Assembly (NCBI GenBank): GCA_037130055.1
Contig: JBAXTS010000003.1
Location: forward strand, 1-47,674
Length of the DNA: 47,674 bases
Source: a bacterium
GTDB lineage: Bacteria > Patescibacteriota > Minisyncoccia > Phycocordibacterales > UBA9973
Direction: 5' to 3'
Both the position numbers and the translations under genes were made by a program. Of this stretch, positions 1-7,602 are shown piece by piece; the first letter of the stretch is position 1; every line of letters begins with the position of its first letter. The notes beneath the pieces are model-generated. The model searched no databases. It saw only the letters and a program-made list of their open reading frames with translations, and was not told the DNA's origin.

Positions 1-59
1 TCGAACCAAGGACCCCAGAGGTATAAGCTCTGTGCTCTAACCAACTGAGCTAAGGACGG
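1..59 (-). tRNA. tRNA-Ile, anticodon UAU (3' end cut off by window edge)
   Basis: Reverse complement reads CCGTCCT-TA-GCTC-AGTTGGTTA-GAGC-A-CAGAG-CTTATAC-CTCTG-GGGTC-CTTGG-TTCGA, a cloverleaf with anticodon TAT at 25..23. Confidence 0.93.
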
Positions 60-150
60 ATATTGGTTAATAACAAACATAAACCATAAACACTTTTCGC
101 CTAACCAAAACAGCTAAGTACTGATATGTGTTAAATCTACTATATAGAAA

Positions 151-2076
151 CTACAGCGTTATTTCAAGTATAGTTGCCTCTTCTTTTTTCTTTAAGAGTA
201 TTCCATGTGCAACTAGAATCTTTTCATATTCTTCTTGTTCTATTGTTTCTACTTCTATCAATCTTTTTGCAATTGCAGTAAATGCCTTTTTATATTCAGC
301 CAAAACTTTTTCTGCTGATTTTATTCCATCATTAATTATTCTAGAAACCTCCGCATCAACTTTTGTCGAAACTGCTTCTGAAAAATCTTTTTCTGCTGTC
401 TCACCATAAGGAGACCTGCCACCAGAGTCAACCAAGGCAACAGGGCCAATAACATCTGACATACCCCATCGTGTAACCATCGCTCGTGCCAAATTCGTGG
501 CCATTTGCAAATCACTTGATGGGCCAGTAGTAATATCTCCGAAAATCATTTGCTCAGCTGCATACCCACCGAGAGACATAGCAATATCATCAATAAACTC
601 CTTCTTAGACTGAAGACGTCTTTCTTCTAAAGGTAATTTCAATGTGTATCCCCCAGCATTTCCACGTGCAATAATAGAAACCTTGTGCACAGGGTCAGCA
701 TGAGGAAGAACCGAGGCTACTATTGCATGCCCTGCTTCATGATAAGCAGTAATTTCTTTTTCTTTTTTAGAAAGCAAGTGGCTTTTCCTTTCGGGCCCTA
801 GCATTACCTTCTCGATAGCACGAATCAAATCAAATTGAAAAACCTTCTTGCGATTCTCTCGAGCAGCCAAAATTGCACCTTCATTCATGAGAGAATACAA
901 ATCTGCGCCAGAGAAACCTGGGGTACGTTCAGCAATTAACTTCAAATTAATATCTTCTGCAAGCGGCTTCTTGATTGCATGAATTTTTAGTATCTCTTCT
1001 CGGTCTGCTCTATCTGGTAAATCCAACAAAACTTTTCTATCAAAACGTCCTGGTCGGATAAGAGCTGGGTCAAGGACATCTGGTCTGTTGGTTGCTGCCA
1101 TAACTATAACTTTATCATTTGGCTCAAAGCCATCCATCTCAACCAAAATTTGATTTAATGTCTGTTCTCTTTCGTCATTACCTCCACCAAATCCTCCTCC
1201 GCGCGTTCGTCCAATTGCATCTATTTCATCAACGAATATAATTGCAGGCGCAGCTTTCTTTGCCATTTTGAAAAGGTCTCGTACTCGTGAAGCTCCAACT
1301 CCAACGAACATCTCAACAAATTCGCTACCAGAGAGGTGGAAGAATGGTACGGATGCCTCCCCTGCCACAGCACGAGCAAGCAATGTCTTTCCAGTACCGG
1401 GAGCACCAGTCAATATCACACCCTTTGGAATTCTTGCTCCGATATCAAGAAACTTTTTTGGACTCTTTAAAAAGTCCACGATCTCTTTCAATTCTTCTTT
1501 GGCCTCTTTACATCCAGCAACGTCTTTAAATGTAACTCTGTTGTTCTTGTCATTCGGATCAGTGATACGTGCCTTAGACTGTCCGAAGGTGAATGCCTGC
1601 ATTCCTGCACCCTTGACCTGTCGTGATAAATACCAAAAGAAAAGTAAAATAAAAATAATGGGCAGAAGAAGTGGTAAAAGATTCATAAGCCAAAACATAA
1701 ACCCGCTCTCGTCTTTGATTTGTATTTCAGTTTTGGAAAGTTCTTCGGCTGTAACACCATAATTTGATAGTGTTTGTGAAAGAGCCGAGCCAACTTCCTT
1801 TTTTGAAGTCTTGATATCGGTGTTTTGATAAGTAATAGTTAGCTTGTCGCCTTCAACCAAAACATTTTTTACGTCTCCAGCGATAACACTTTTTGCCAAA
1901 TCTGAAATCCCAACTTCTTGGATTGTCTTCCCATCTCCAGAGACTATCAAATAAAGTGCTGTAATAAGCATAAAGAAAAATACAGCACCAGCTATACTTC
2001 CTCCCCATTTCGAAGGCTTCGGCGCCTTTTTTCCTTTATTTTGTGTATTTTTTTGATTTAAAAAATTAAAATCCAT
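151..2076 (-). CDS. ftsH: ATP-dependent zinc metalloprotease FtsH
   Basis: Two N-terminal TM segments, Walker A GAPGTGKT, Walker [24 protein letters not shown] zinc motif. Confidence 0.98.
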   Translation of the reverse strand: MDFNFLNQKNTQNKGKKAPKPSKWGGSIAGAVFFFMLITALYLIVSGDGKTIQEVGISDLAKSVIAGDVKNVLVEGDKLTITYQNTDIKTSKKEVGSALSQTLSNYGVTAEELSKTEIQIKDESGFMFWLMNLLPLLLPIIFILLFFWYLSRQVKGAGMQAFTFGQSKARITDPNDKNNRVTFKDVAGCKEAKEELKEIVDFLKSPKKFLDIGARIPKGVILTGAPGTGKTLLARAVAGEASVPFFHLSGSEFVEMFVGVGASRVRDLFKMAKKAAPAIIFVDEIDAIGRTRGGGFGGGNDEREQTLNQILVEMDGFEPNDKVIVMAATNRPDVLDPALIRPGRFDRKVLLDLPDRADREEILKIHAIKKPLAEDINLKLIAERTPGFSGADLYSLMNEGAILAARENRKKVFQFDLIRAIEKVMLGPERKSHLLSKKEKEITAYHEAGHAIVASVLPHADPVHKVSIIARGNAGGYTLKLPLEERRLQSKKEFIDDIAMSLGGYAAEQMIFGDITTGPSSDLQMATNLARAMVTRWGMSDVIGPVALVDSGGRSPYGETAEKDFSEAVSTKVDAEVSRIINDGIKSAEKVLAEYKKAFTAIAKRLIEVETIEQEEYEKILVAHGILLKKKEEATILEITL

Positions 2077-2148
2077 CGTCGTATAATATCACAAAAAAGG
2101 AACAAAGAAAAGCAGAAAATTAATCAGAAATTATGCTAATATAAGCTC

Positions 2149-2595
2149 ATGGCTAGTTATGCTGAAAACAGAAAAGCGAGATTTAATTATGAGTTCTTGG
2201 AAAAATACGAGACAGGTATTGAGCTTTTTGGCACTGAGGTAAAATCTGTTCGCGGAGGGCAAATGTCACTTGAGGGTGCTTTTGTGATCATTCGAGGTGG
2301 TGAAGCATTTTTAATAAACGCAAACATCCCACCTTTTCAACCCAAAAATGCACCAAATGACTATGACCCACTTCGAAATAGAAAATTGTTGTTAACTAAG
2401 AAGGAAATAGTAGAGTTGTCAGGAAGCGAGAAAAATAAGAGTTTGACAATAGTACCAATTTCAGTGTATAATAAAAACAGGAAAATCAAATTAGAAATTG
2501 CCCTAGCAAAAGGCAAAAAGAAGTTTGATAAACGCGAAACTCTAAAAAAACGTGCTACCGATCGCGAGATCAGACGTGATTTTAAGGGTCATTGA
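2149..2595 (+). CDS. smpB: SsrA-binding protein SmpB
   Basis: ENRKARFNY, GTEVKSVR, RKLLL, AKGKKKFDKRE motifs; adjacent to tmRNA. Confidence 0.98.
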   Translation: MASYAENRKARFNYEFLEKYETGIELFGTEVKSVRGGQMSLEGAFVIIRGGEAFLINANIPPFQPKNAPNDYDPLRNRKLLLTKKEIVELSGSEKNKSLTIVPISVYNKNRKIKLEIALAKGKKKFDKRETLKKRATDREIRRDFKGH

Positions 2596-2607
2596 AAATA
2601 AAAACAT

Positions 2608-3004
2608 GGGGATGCAAGGCATAGACAGTTGGCCTTTTGGCATTGATGCATACCGAGTATGGGCGTAATCTCGTTAAAATTCGCTCAAATGTTAATTGCA
2701 AAATTGACTTCTAAGGTAAAAGATTTGGTTTCTCCATACTTCGGTATGAAGGAATTTGCTTTTGCTCCAGCTTTCGCGTAAGCCTAGGTTGGTGTCTCAC
2801 TTATAGACTTCCGATATATAAGGTAGGCATAATATTATCGGGATAGGAAGAAGAATGCTCTTACTTTCTTCCAAAACAAAAGAGCTCGATTAAAGAATAT
2901 TTGGCTCGTTTAAGAATTTTTTAATTTAAACCAAAAAGCGAGCTATGTATGTAGATTTCCTTCTAAAAACCTTCTGCACGGGGATTCAATTTCCCCCATC
3001 TCCA
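2608..3004 (+). ncRNA. ssrA: tmRNA; tag reading frame 2698..2781 (AKLTSKVKDLVSPYFGMKEFAFAPAFA*)
   Basis: 5' GGGGATG pairs with 3' CATCTCC-A including the G3-U alanine identity pair; T-arm GGGGA-TTCAATT-TCCCC; GCA resume codon after an AT-rich stretch; Ala-rich tag end; directly downstream of smpB. Confidence 0.93.
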
Positions 3005-3009
3005 CAATA

Positions 3010-3038
3010 TTGACTTTAACCAACAAATACGCTATTAT
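3010..3038 (+). promoter_or_regulatory. sigma70-type promoter of infC-rpmI-rplT
   Basis: TTGACT-17 bp-TATTAT. Confidence 0.7.
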
Positions 3039-3078
3039 CTTGTAGTAAAAGGTTTTATTGGGCACTACTTAATATCAA

Positions 3079-3582
3079 TTGCGAGAAAGAATAAACAACC
3101 AAATACGCGCAAAAGAACTTCGGGTTCTAGATAGCGAAAACAAAAATCTCGGTATTTTGAGCATAAGAGATGCCCTGGAAATGGCTCAGGGTAAGGGTTT
3201 AGATTTAATCGAAATAGGTCCAAATGCCAATCCCCCATTAGCGAAAATAATGGACTTCGGCAAATATCAGTACGAGGCAAATAAAAAATTAAAGAAAGCT
3301 AAGGCTGGTGCAAACAAGACAGAAACTAAGTCAATTCAGATAAAAATAGGCACAGGTGACCACGATTTAGAGCTTAAAGCAAAAACTGCTTCAAAATGGA
3401 TAAAGGAAGGTCATAGAATAAAAGTTGAGCTTTTCCTTGCGGGCCGGGCGAAGTATATGGATGAAAAATTTTTGAAAGAGCGATTAGATAGGGTTTTACA
3501 TTTAATTACAGAGGATTATAAAATATCAGATGCATATAAAAAAGGTCCAAAAGGTTTAACAACAACAATAGAGAAGAAGTAA
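3079..3582 (+). CDS. infC: Translation initiation factor IF-3 (non-AUG start, TTG)
   Basis: INNQIRAKELRV, GLDLIEI, KIMDFGKYQYE; in-frame TAA at 3070 excludes an upstream ATG. Confidence 0.97.
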   Translation: MRERINNQIRAKELRVLDSENKNLGILSIRDALEMAQGKGLDLIEIGPNANPPLAKIMDFGKYQYEANKKLKKAKAGANKTETKSIQIKIGTGDHDLELKAKTASKWIKEGHRIKVELFLAGRAKYMDEKFLKERLDRVLHLITEDYKISDAYKKGPKGLTTTIEKK

Positions 3583-3617
3583 TCACAAAGTTTATAAAGA
3601 ATAATACAAACAAATAT

Positions 3618-3815
3618 ATGGGAAAAGGAATGAAAACAAACAAGTCATATAGTAAAAGATTAAAGCTTACAAAAAGTGGAAAGATTCTTTCTCGTAAGCC
3701 AGGATTCAACCATTTTAACGCAAAGCAATCACGAACAACCCAACTCGCAGGTCGCAAGGGTCAAAATTTTGTTATCAAAAACAAACCAAAAAGCCACTTA
3801 TTACCATTTAGCTAA
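3618..3815 (+). CDS. rpmI: 50S ribosomal protein L35
   Basis: MKTNKSYSKRLKLTKSGKI; lies between infC and rplT; start could be 3630. Confidence 0.93.
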   Translation: MGKGMKTNKSYSKRLKLTKSGKILSRKPGFNHFNAKQSRTTQLAGRKGQNFVIKNKPKSHLLPFS

Positions 3816-3843
3816 TGCCTAGCGCAATCAAGCCTAGAGCCTA
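3811..3843 (+). repeat. Dispersed intergenic repeat (GCTAA.GCCTAGCGCA...G.CTAGAGC.TA), copy 1
   Basis: Close match to 20665..20696. Confidence 0.7.
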
Positions 3844-3848
3844 TTCAC

Positions 3849-4193
3849 ATGACAAGAGTAAAAAAGGGAGTACATGCATTAAAGAGACGAAGAAGCGTTT
3901 TAAAACAAACCAAAGGAATGCGTCATGGTCGTTCTACAAAAGAACGCCAAGCAAAAGATGCTTTGCTTCACTCTGGTTCATATTCTTTTGCACACAGAAA
4001 GGATAAAAAGTCACACAATAGAAAACTTTGGAACATAAAAATAAACGCTGGTGCACGTGAGCTTGGTATGTCTTATTCAAAGCTTATGGGCGCTCTAAAG
4101 AAAAAAAATATTGAGCTTGATAGAAAAATTCTTTCTGACTTCGCAGAATTTCACCCCAAAACTTTCGCAAAAGTTCTAGAAGCAATAAAATAA
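3849..4193 (+). CDS. rplT: 50S ribosomal protein L20
   Basis: MTRVKKG, RKLWNIKINAGAR, IELDRKILS. Confidence 0.98.
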   Translation: MTRVKKGVHALKRRRSVLKQTKGMRHGRSTKERQAKDALLHSGSYSFAHRKDKKSHNRKLWNIKINAGARELGMSYSKLMGALKKKNIELDRKILSDFAEFHPKTFAKVLEAIK

Positions 4194-4199
4194 CACAAT

Positions 4200-4228
4200 A
4201 AAAAGCCCTCCGTGATGGAGGGTTTTTT
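4200..4228. terminator. Bidirectional intrinsic terminator (rplT / LOG gene)
   Basis: A-run, GCCCTCC-GTGAT-GGAGGGT, T-run between convergent genes. Confidence 0.85.
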
Positions 4229-4850
4229 ATTGTGTATCTGAAACAGAAGTCTTTGAGATTTTATATTCTGTTATTTTGTCTTTTTTTATAAGAGCAAAAA
4301 GATCTTCTATTAATTTTTTTGAATCAAGACCTGAAACAATCTTTGCATTAGGACGATGGCCTTTTTCGACAATTTCTTTCAGCTGTGCTCCCATTTCCCA
4401 TGGTCCTTCAAAAATACCTATTGGCTTATTTTCCTCAAAAGCAACAGTAAATTCATGAATAGTTCCTATGCGTCCGCAACCACAAATAACTGCATCAGAA
4501 GAACGAGTAAGGAGTAAGTCACGTCCTGAATAACCAAAGCCTGTATAAATAACTAAATCCATATAATCAATTGGAAGCTTGTAAACTTCTATGTGCTCAC
4601 GCTCACTAGCTGCTGGTGAAATACCAATAGAAATTCCTCCTTCTTCCTTGGCTCCCATCGCTACCCAGAGAGGAAAACCAGTAGTAGCCCCTGTAACCAA
4701 AACAGCGCCATGGCGAGCAATTTCTCGTCCTAGCTCTTTTGCTTTTTCGAGAGCGCCCACACCACAATGACCTGTCTCCGCTGCTCCAGAAACACAAATT
4801 TTTATTTGATTGTGTCCGTGCTTCTCTGGGAAATTTAAGGATGAATTCAT
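4227..4850 (-). CDS. LOG/SLOG-family Rossmann-fold nucleotide-binding protein
   Basis: AKELGREIA, LVTGATTG, GGISIGISP, GRIGTIHE motifs. Confidence 0.85.
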   Translation of the reverse strand: MNSSLNFPEKHGHNQIKICVSGAAETGHCGVGALEKAKELGREIARHGAVLVTGATTGFPLWVAMGAKEEGGISIGISPAASEREHIEVYKLPIDYMDLVIYTGFGYSGRDLLLTRSSDAVICGCGRIGTIHEFTVAFEENKPIGIFEGPWEMGAQLKEIVEKGHRPNAKIVSGLDSKKLIEDLFALIKKDKITEYKISKTSVSDTQ

Positions 4851-4885
4851 AAGTTTATTGTAACACAGAAATAATTATGTTATGA

Positions 4886-6250
4886 CTAGCAATCAAGTAT
4901 CACACTATCCCCTTTTTCTGGAGCAAAAGCATTTATTCCTAAGTTATCTCTCAATTTTTGAACTAAAAACATTGATGATTTAGGTTCACCCATGACTACA
5001 AAAACTTTTTTTACTTTGTCTTGCATATTTTCAACAAAACTTAATAAACTATCTCCATCTTTATGTCCTGAATATCCAAGAATTGTGACGACATGTGCTC
5101 GCACATTTACATCCTCCCCTGTGATATGTACTGTTTTTAATCCTTCTTGAATCAAACGCCCGGGTGTTCCGACTGATTGATACCCGGTTAGAAGAAGCGT
5201 GTTGTTTGGATCGGGTAAATATTGTTTTTCGTGGTGCACGATACGTCCGCCAGTTGACATACCTGAGCCAGCAATCACTATCTTAGGATTAGGTATAGCG
5301 GTAATCATACGTGACTCTTCTGATTTTAAAGTACTATGGAGCCCCGGAAAATCAAATAGGTATTTCTCATGAGTCATCGCTTTCTGTGCATTTTCATTAA
5401 AATAATTCTTATATTGCTTAAAAACATCAGTCAATCGAATAGCTAAAGGAGAATCAAAGAATATTGGCATCACGGGGATGCGGTCGTTTTCTACCAAGGT
5501 ATCAAGCTCAAAAAGAAGTTCCTGCGAACGCTCCAAGGAAAATGTAGGAATTATGAGTGTACCCTTTCTTTTGTGATTATCTTGAATCACTTCTGCCAAG
5601 AGTCTTTGACGGTCTTCTCTCGATTCATGATTCCTGTCGCCATATACACTTTCCATTATCAAATAATCTGCATCCGTAACTTTCTCTGTATCAGGGAGGA
5701 GTGGGGATGGTGAATTGCCCAAGTCTCCTGTAAAAAGAATCTTCTTACCATTATAAGAGAATTGAACCATTGCAGAACCTAGAATATGCCCTGCATCCAA
5801 AAAAGAAGCTTCTACACTTGAAGTTAGCTCAATTTTTTCGTGATATTTAAAACCTTTCCATAATGAAAGAGCTAGTTTGATATTTTCTTCGGAATAAATC
5901 TTATCCAAGCCTAAGTCTGTATTCTTGCCCAAAATACCTCCAGTGTCTTCTAGCATTGGGAAAGCCAATGCCCGCGTAGGCTCTGTGGAATAAATTTTTC
6001 CGCGAAACCCTTCTGCTATTAATTTAGGTACTCTGCCCAAGTGATCTACGTGCCCATGAGTAACAAAAAGAATATCTATTTCCTTAGGACTGTATGGAAA
6101 AGGATCCCAATTAACATCATCAGCAACCTTGGACCCCTGTGTGAGTCCACAATCAACCAATATCCTCTTGCCATCAATTTCTAAAAGAAAATTAGCCCCC
6201 GTTACTGAGCCTGTTCCACCATAAAATGTTATCTTTGCTTTTTTCTCCAT
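4886..6250 (-). CDS. MBL-fold metallo-hydrolase with beta-CASP domain (putative ribonuclease)
   Basis: THGHVDH, DAGHILGS, FTGDLG, MESVYG, AGSGM, SGHKD motifs. Confidence 0.92.
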   Translation of the reverse strand: MEKKAKITFYGGTGSVTGANFLLEIDGKRILVDCGLTQGSKVADDVNWDPFPYSPKEIDILFVTHGHVDHLGRVPKLIAEGFRGKIYSTEPTRALAFPMLEDTGGILGKNTDLGLDKIYSEENIKLALSLWKGFKYHEKIELTSSVEASFLDAGHILGSAMVQFSYNGKKILFTGDLGNSPSPLLPDTEKVTDADYLIMESVYGDRNHESREDRQRLLAEVIQDNHKRKGTLIIPTFSLERSQELLFELDTLVENDRIPVMPIFFDSPLAIRLTDVFKQYKNYFNENAQKAMTHEKYLFDFPGLHSTLKSEESRMITAIPNPKIVIAGSGMSTGGRIVHHEKQYLPDPNNTLLLTGYQSVGTPGRLIQEGLKTVHITGEDVNVRAHVVTILGYSGHKDGDSLLSFVENMQDKVKKVFVVMGEPKSSMFLVQKLRDNLGINAFAPEKGDSVILDC

Positions 6251-6269
6251 ATTTTTATTGTACCTTATT

Positions 6270-6677
6270 TTATGTCACACACACAAATTTCTTTAAAAAG
6301 AAAATTATTACAAATGAACTACCAGATAAATCAAAGAAAATATCAGAGAGAGAGTCCAGTGTGTTAAATGGATTTTTGGCGATTATATTAATAAATATAA
6401 TCTCAAATATTTCCCAAAGAACTCCTATAATGAGAACACTTAAAATGATTTTAAAAATTAATGCAAAAAAAAGTTCCAGAGAAGAATTTTTATAGGAAAA
6501 TAACCATAAAAAAGCTAACCCCAACCAAAATCCTCCAAGGAAGTGCATAATCATATCAAAATACCAAATCGATGAATAAAAATCGAATTTGACCGCAATA
6601 GTATTCAATATAAAAATTAAAATTATAGAGTATGCCTGTGTTTTAAAAAGTTTTCTTCTATCTATCGTAATATGCAT
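6270..6677 (-). CDS. Integral membrane protein (VanZ/DUF2238-like)
   Basis: Four hydrophobic segments; DMIMHFLGG, WEIFE and D motifs. Confidence 0.7.
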   Translation of the reverse strand: MHITIDRRKLFKTQAYSIILIFILNTIAVKFDFYSSIWYFDMIMHFLGGFWLGLAFLWLFSYKNSSLELFFALIFKIILSVLIIGVLWEIFEIIFINIIAKNPFNTLDSLSDIFFDLSGSSFVIIFFLKKFVCVT

Positions 6678-6711
6678 TTATATATTAAAGCACAAAAATG
6701 TAATTTATAAG

Positions 6712-6866
6712 AAAAAATCTCCCCGCGGGAGAGTTCTTCTTAGGACTATCTCGGATGTATTACCATAGCTTAAAGCTAAGTGGGTGTCAGACGTTTTGAA
6801 CCAAGGTTCAAACCGATCGAAACTCCCATAAATTAGTGTTCTAGGTAATAATCAGAAATAACCCTA
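6712..6866 (-). ncRNA. Candidate compact 6S RNA-like rod with its own promoter and terminator
   Basis: Promoter TTGCCA(6899-6894)/TATAGT(6877-6872); ~22-bp closing stem (6866..6844 with 6764..6741); A/U-rich central bubble; apical irregular stem; terminator TCTCCCGCGGGGAGA plus T-run. Confidence 0.65.
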
Positions 6867-6968
6867 CTTAAACTATACTCCCCCTAAAACTTTTGGCAAG
6901 AACTTTTTCAAAACAACACAAATTTTATAGTATTTCAAATAAATCGTTCATTCCAAATTCATGATAAA

Positions 6969-6995
6969 AACAAAATCCCCTTTTGGGGATTTTGT
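6969..6995 (-). terminator. Intrinsic terminator of ndk
   Basis: CAAAATCCCC-AAAA-GGGGATTTTG followed by a T-run on the minus strand. Confidence 0.8.
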
Positions 6996-7019
6996 TAAAA
7001 ATTATCTTACCTTTTATTT

Positions 7020-7535
7020 TTAGTTAACCTTTTTAGTCTGGGTAAATTTCTCGTGAACAGTTTCATATTCAAATAATTCATTTTCCGAAAACCAATGTGC
7101 GATTTCTGCTTTTGCCTCTTCTGGATCACCTGATGCATGTATAAGATTCGGAATACCAACCTTGTTTGCATCTCCATGAGCATAGCTCATATGAGAATAG
7201 TCTCCACGAATAGTTCCAGGCAAGGCTGATTTAGGTTCAGTATTTCCAACCATTTTACGAACAAGAGAGGCTGCCTCTATCCCTTCCAAAACAAAAGCTA
7301 TCACAGGACCTGAGCTCATCATGTCGAGAGTAACGTCAAAAACTGCTTTTCCACGTCGAGAAACCATCTTCCCTATATTTTCATAATGATGATAAAAATG
7401 ATCGTAATCTGGCTTAAGCATCTTTGCCCCTACTATCTTTAGACCAACTTTCTCAAAACGGGTGACTACCTCCCCCACCAATCCTCTCTGTACTGCATCC
7501 GGCTTCAAAATAATTAATGTTCTTTCCTGTGCCAT
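7020..7535 (-). CDS. ndk: Nucleoside diphosphate kinase
   Basis: ERTLIILKPDAVQRGLVGE, PGTIRGD, NLIHASG (phospho-His). Confidence 0.96.
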   Translation of the reverse strand: MAQERTLIILKPDAVQRGLVGEVVTRFEKVGLKIVGAKMLKPDYDHFYHHYENIGKMVSRRGKAVFDVTLDMMSSGPVIAFVLEGIEAASLVRKMVGNTEPKSALPGTIRGDYSHMSYAHGDANKVGIPNLIHASGDPEEAKAEIAHWFSENELFEYETVHEKFTQTKKVN

Positions 7536-7602
7536 AAATATTTAAATTAAAATTGTAATAACAACATACTAGCAGATAAAGGCAAATTTACAAAACTTAC
7601 TA

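Noticed and set aside
2593-2595. Alternative genetic code (UGA = Gly) as in some CPR lineages
   Set aside because: smpB, tsaC and the CofE-like gene end at TGA at expected lengths, and long conserved genes have no in-frame TGA.
3039-3078. L20 leader upstream of infC
   Set aside because: Only a weak GTAGT/ACTAC stem in about 40 nt; too little to call.
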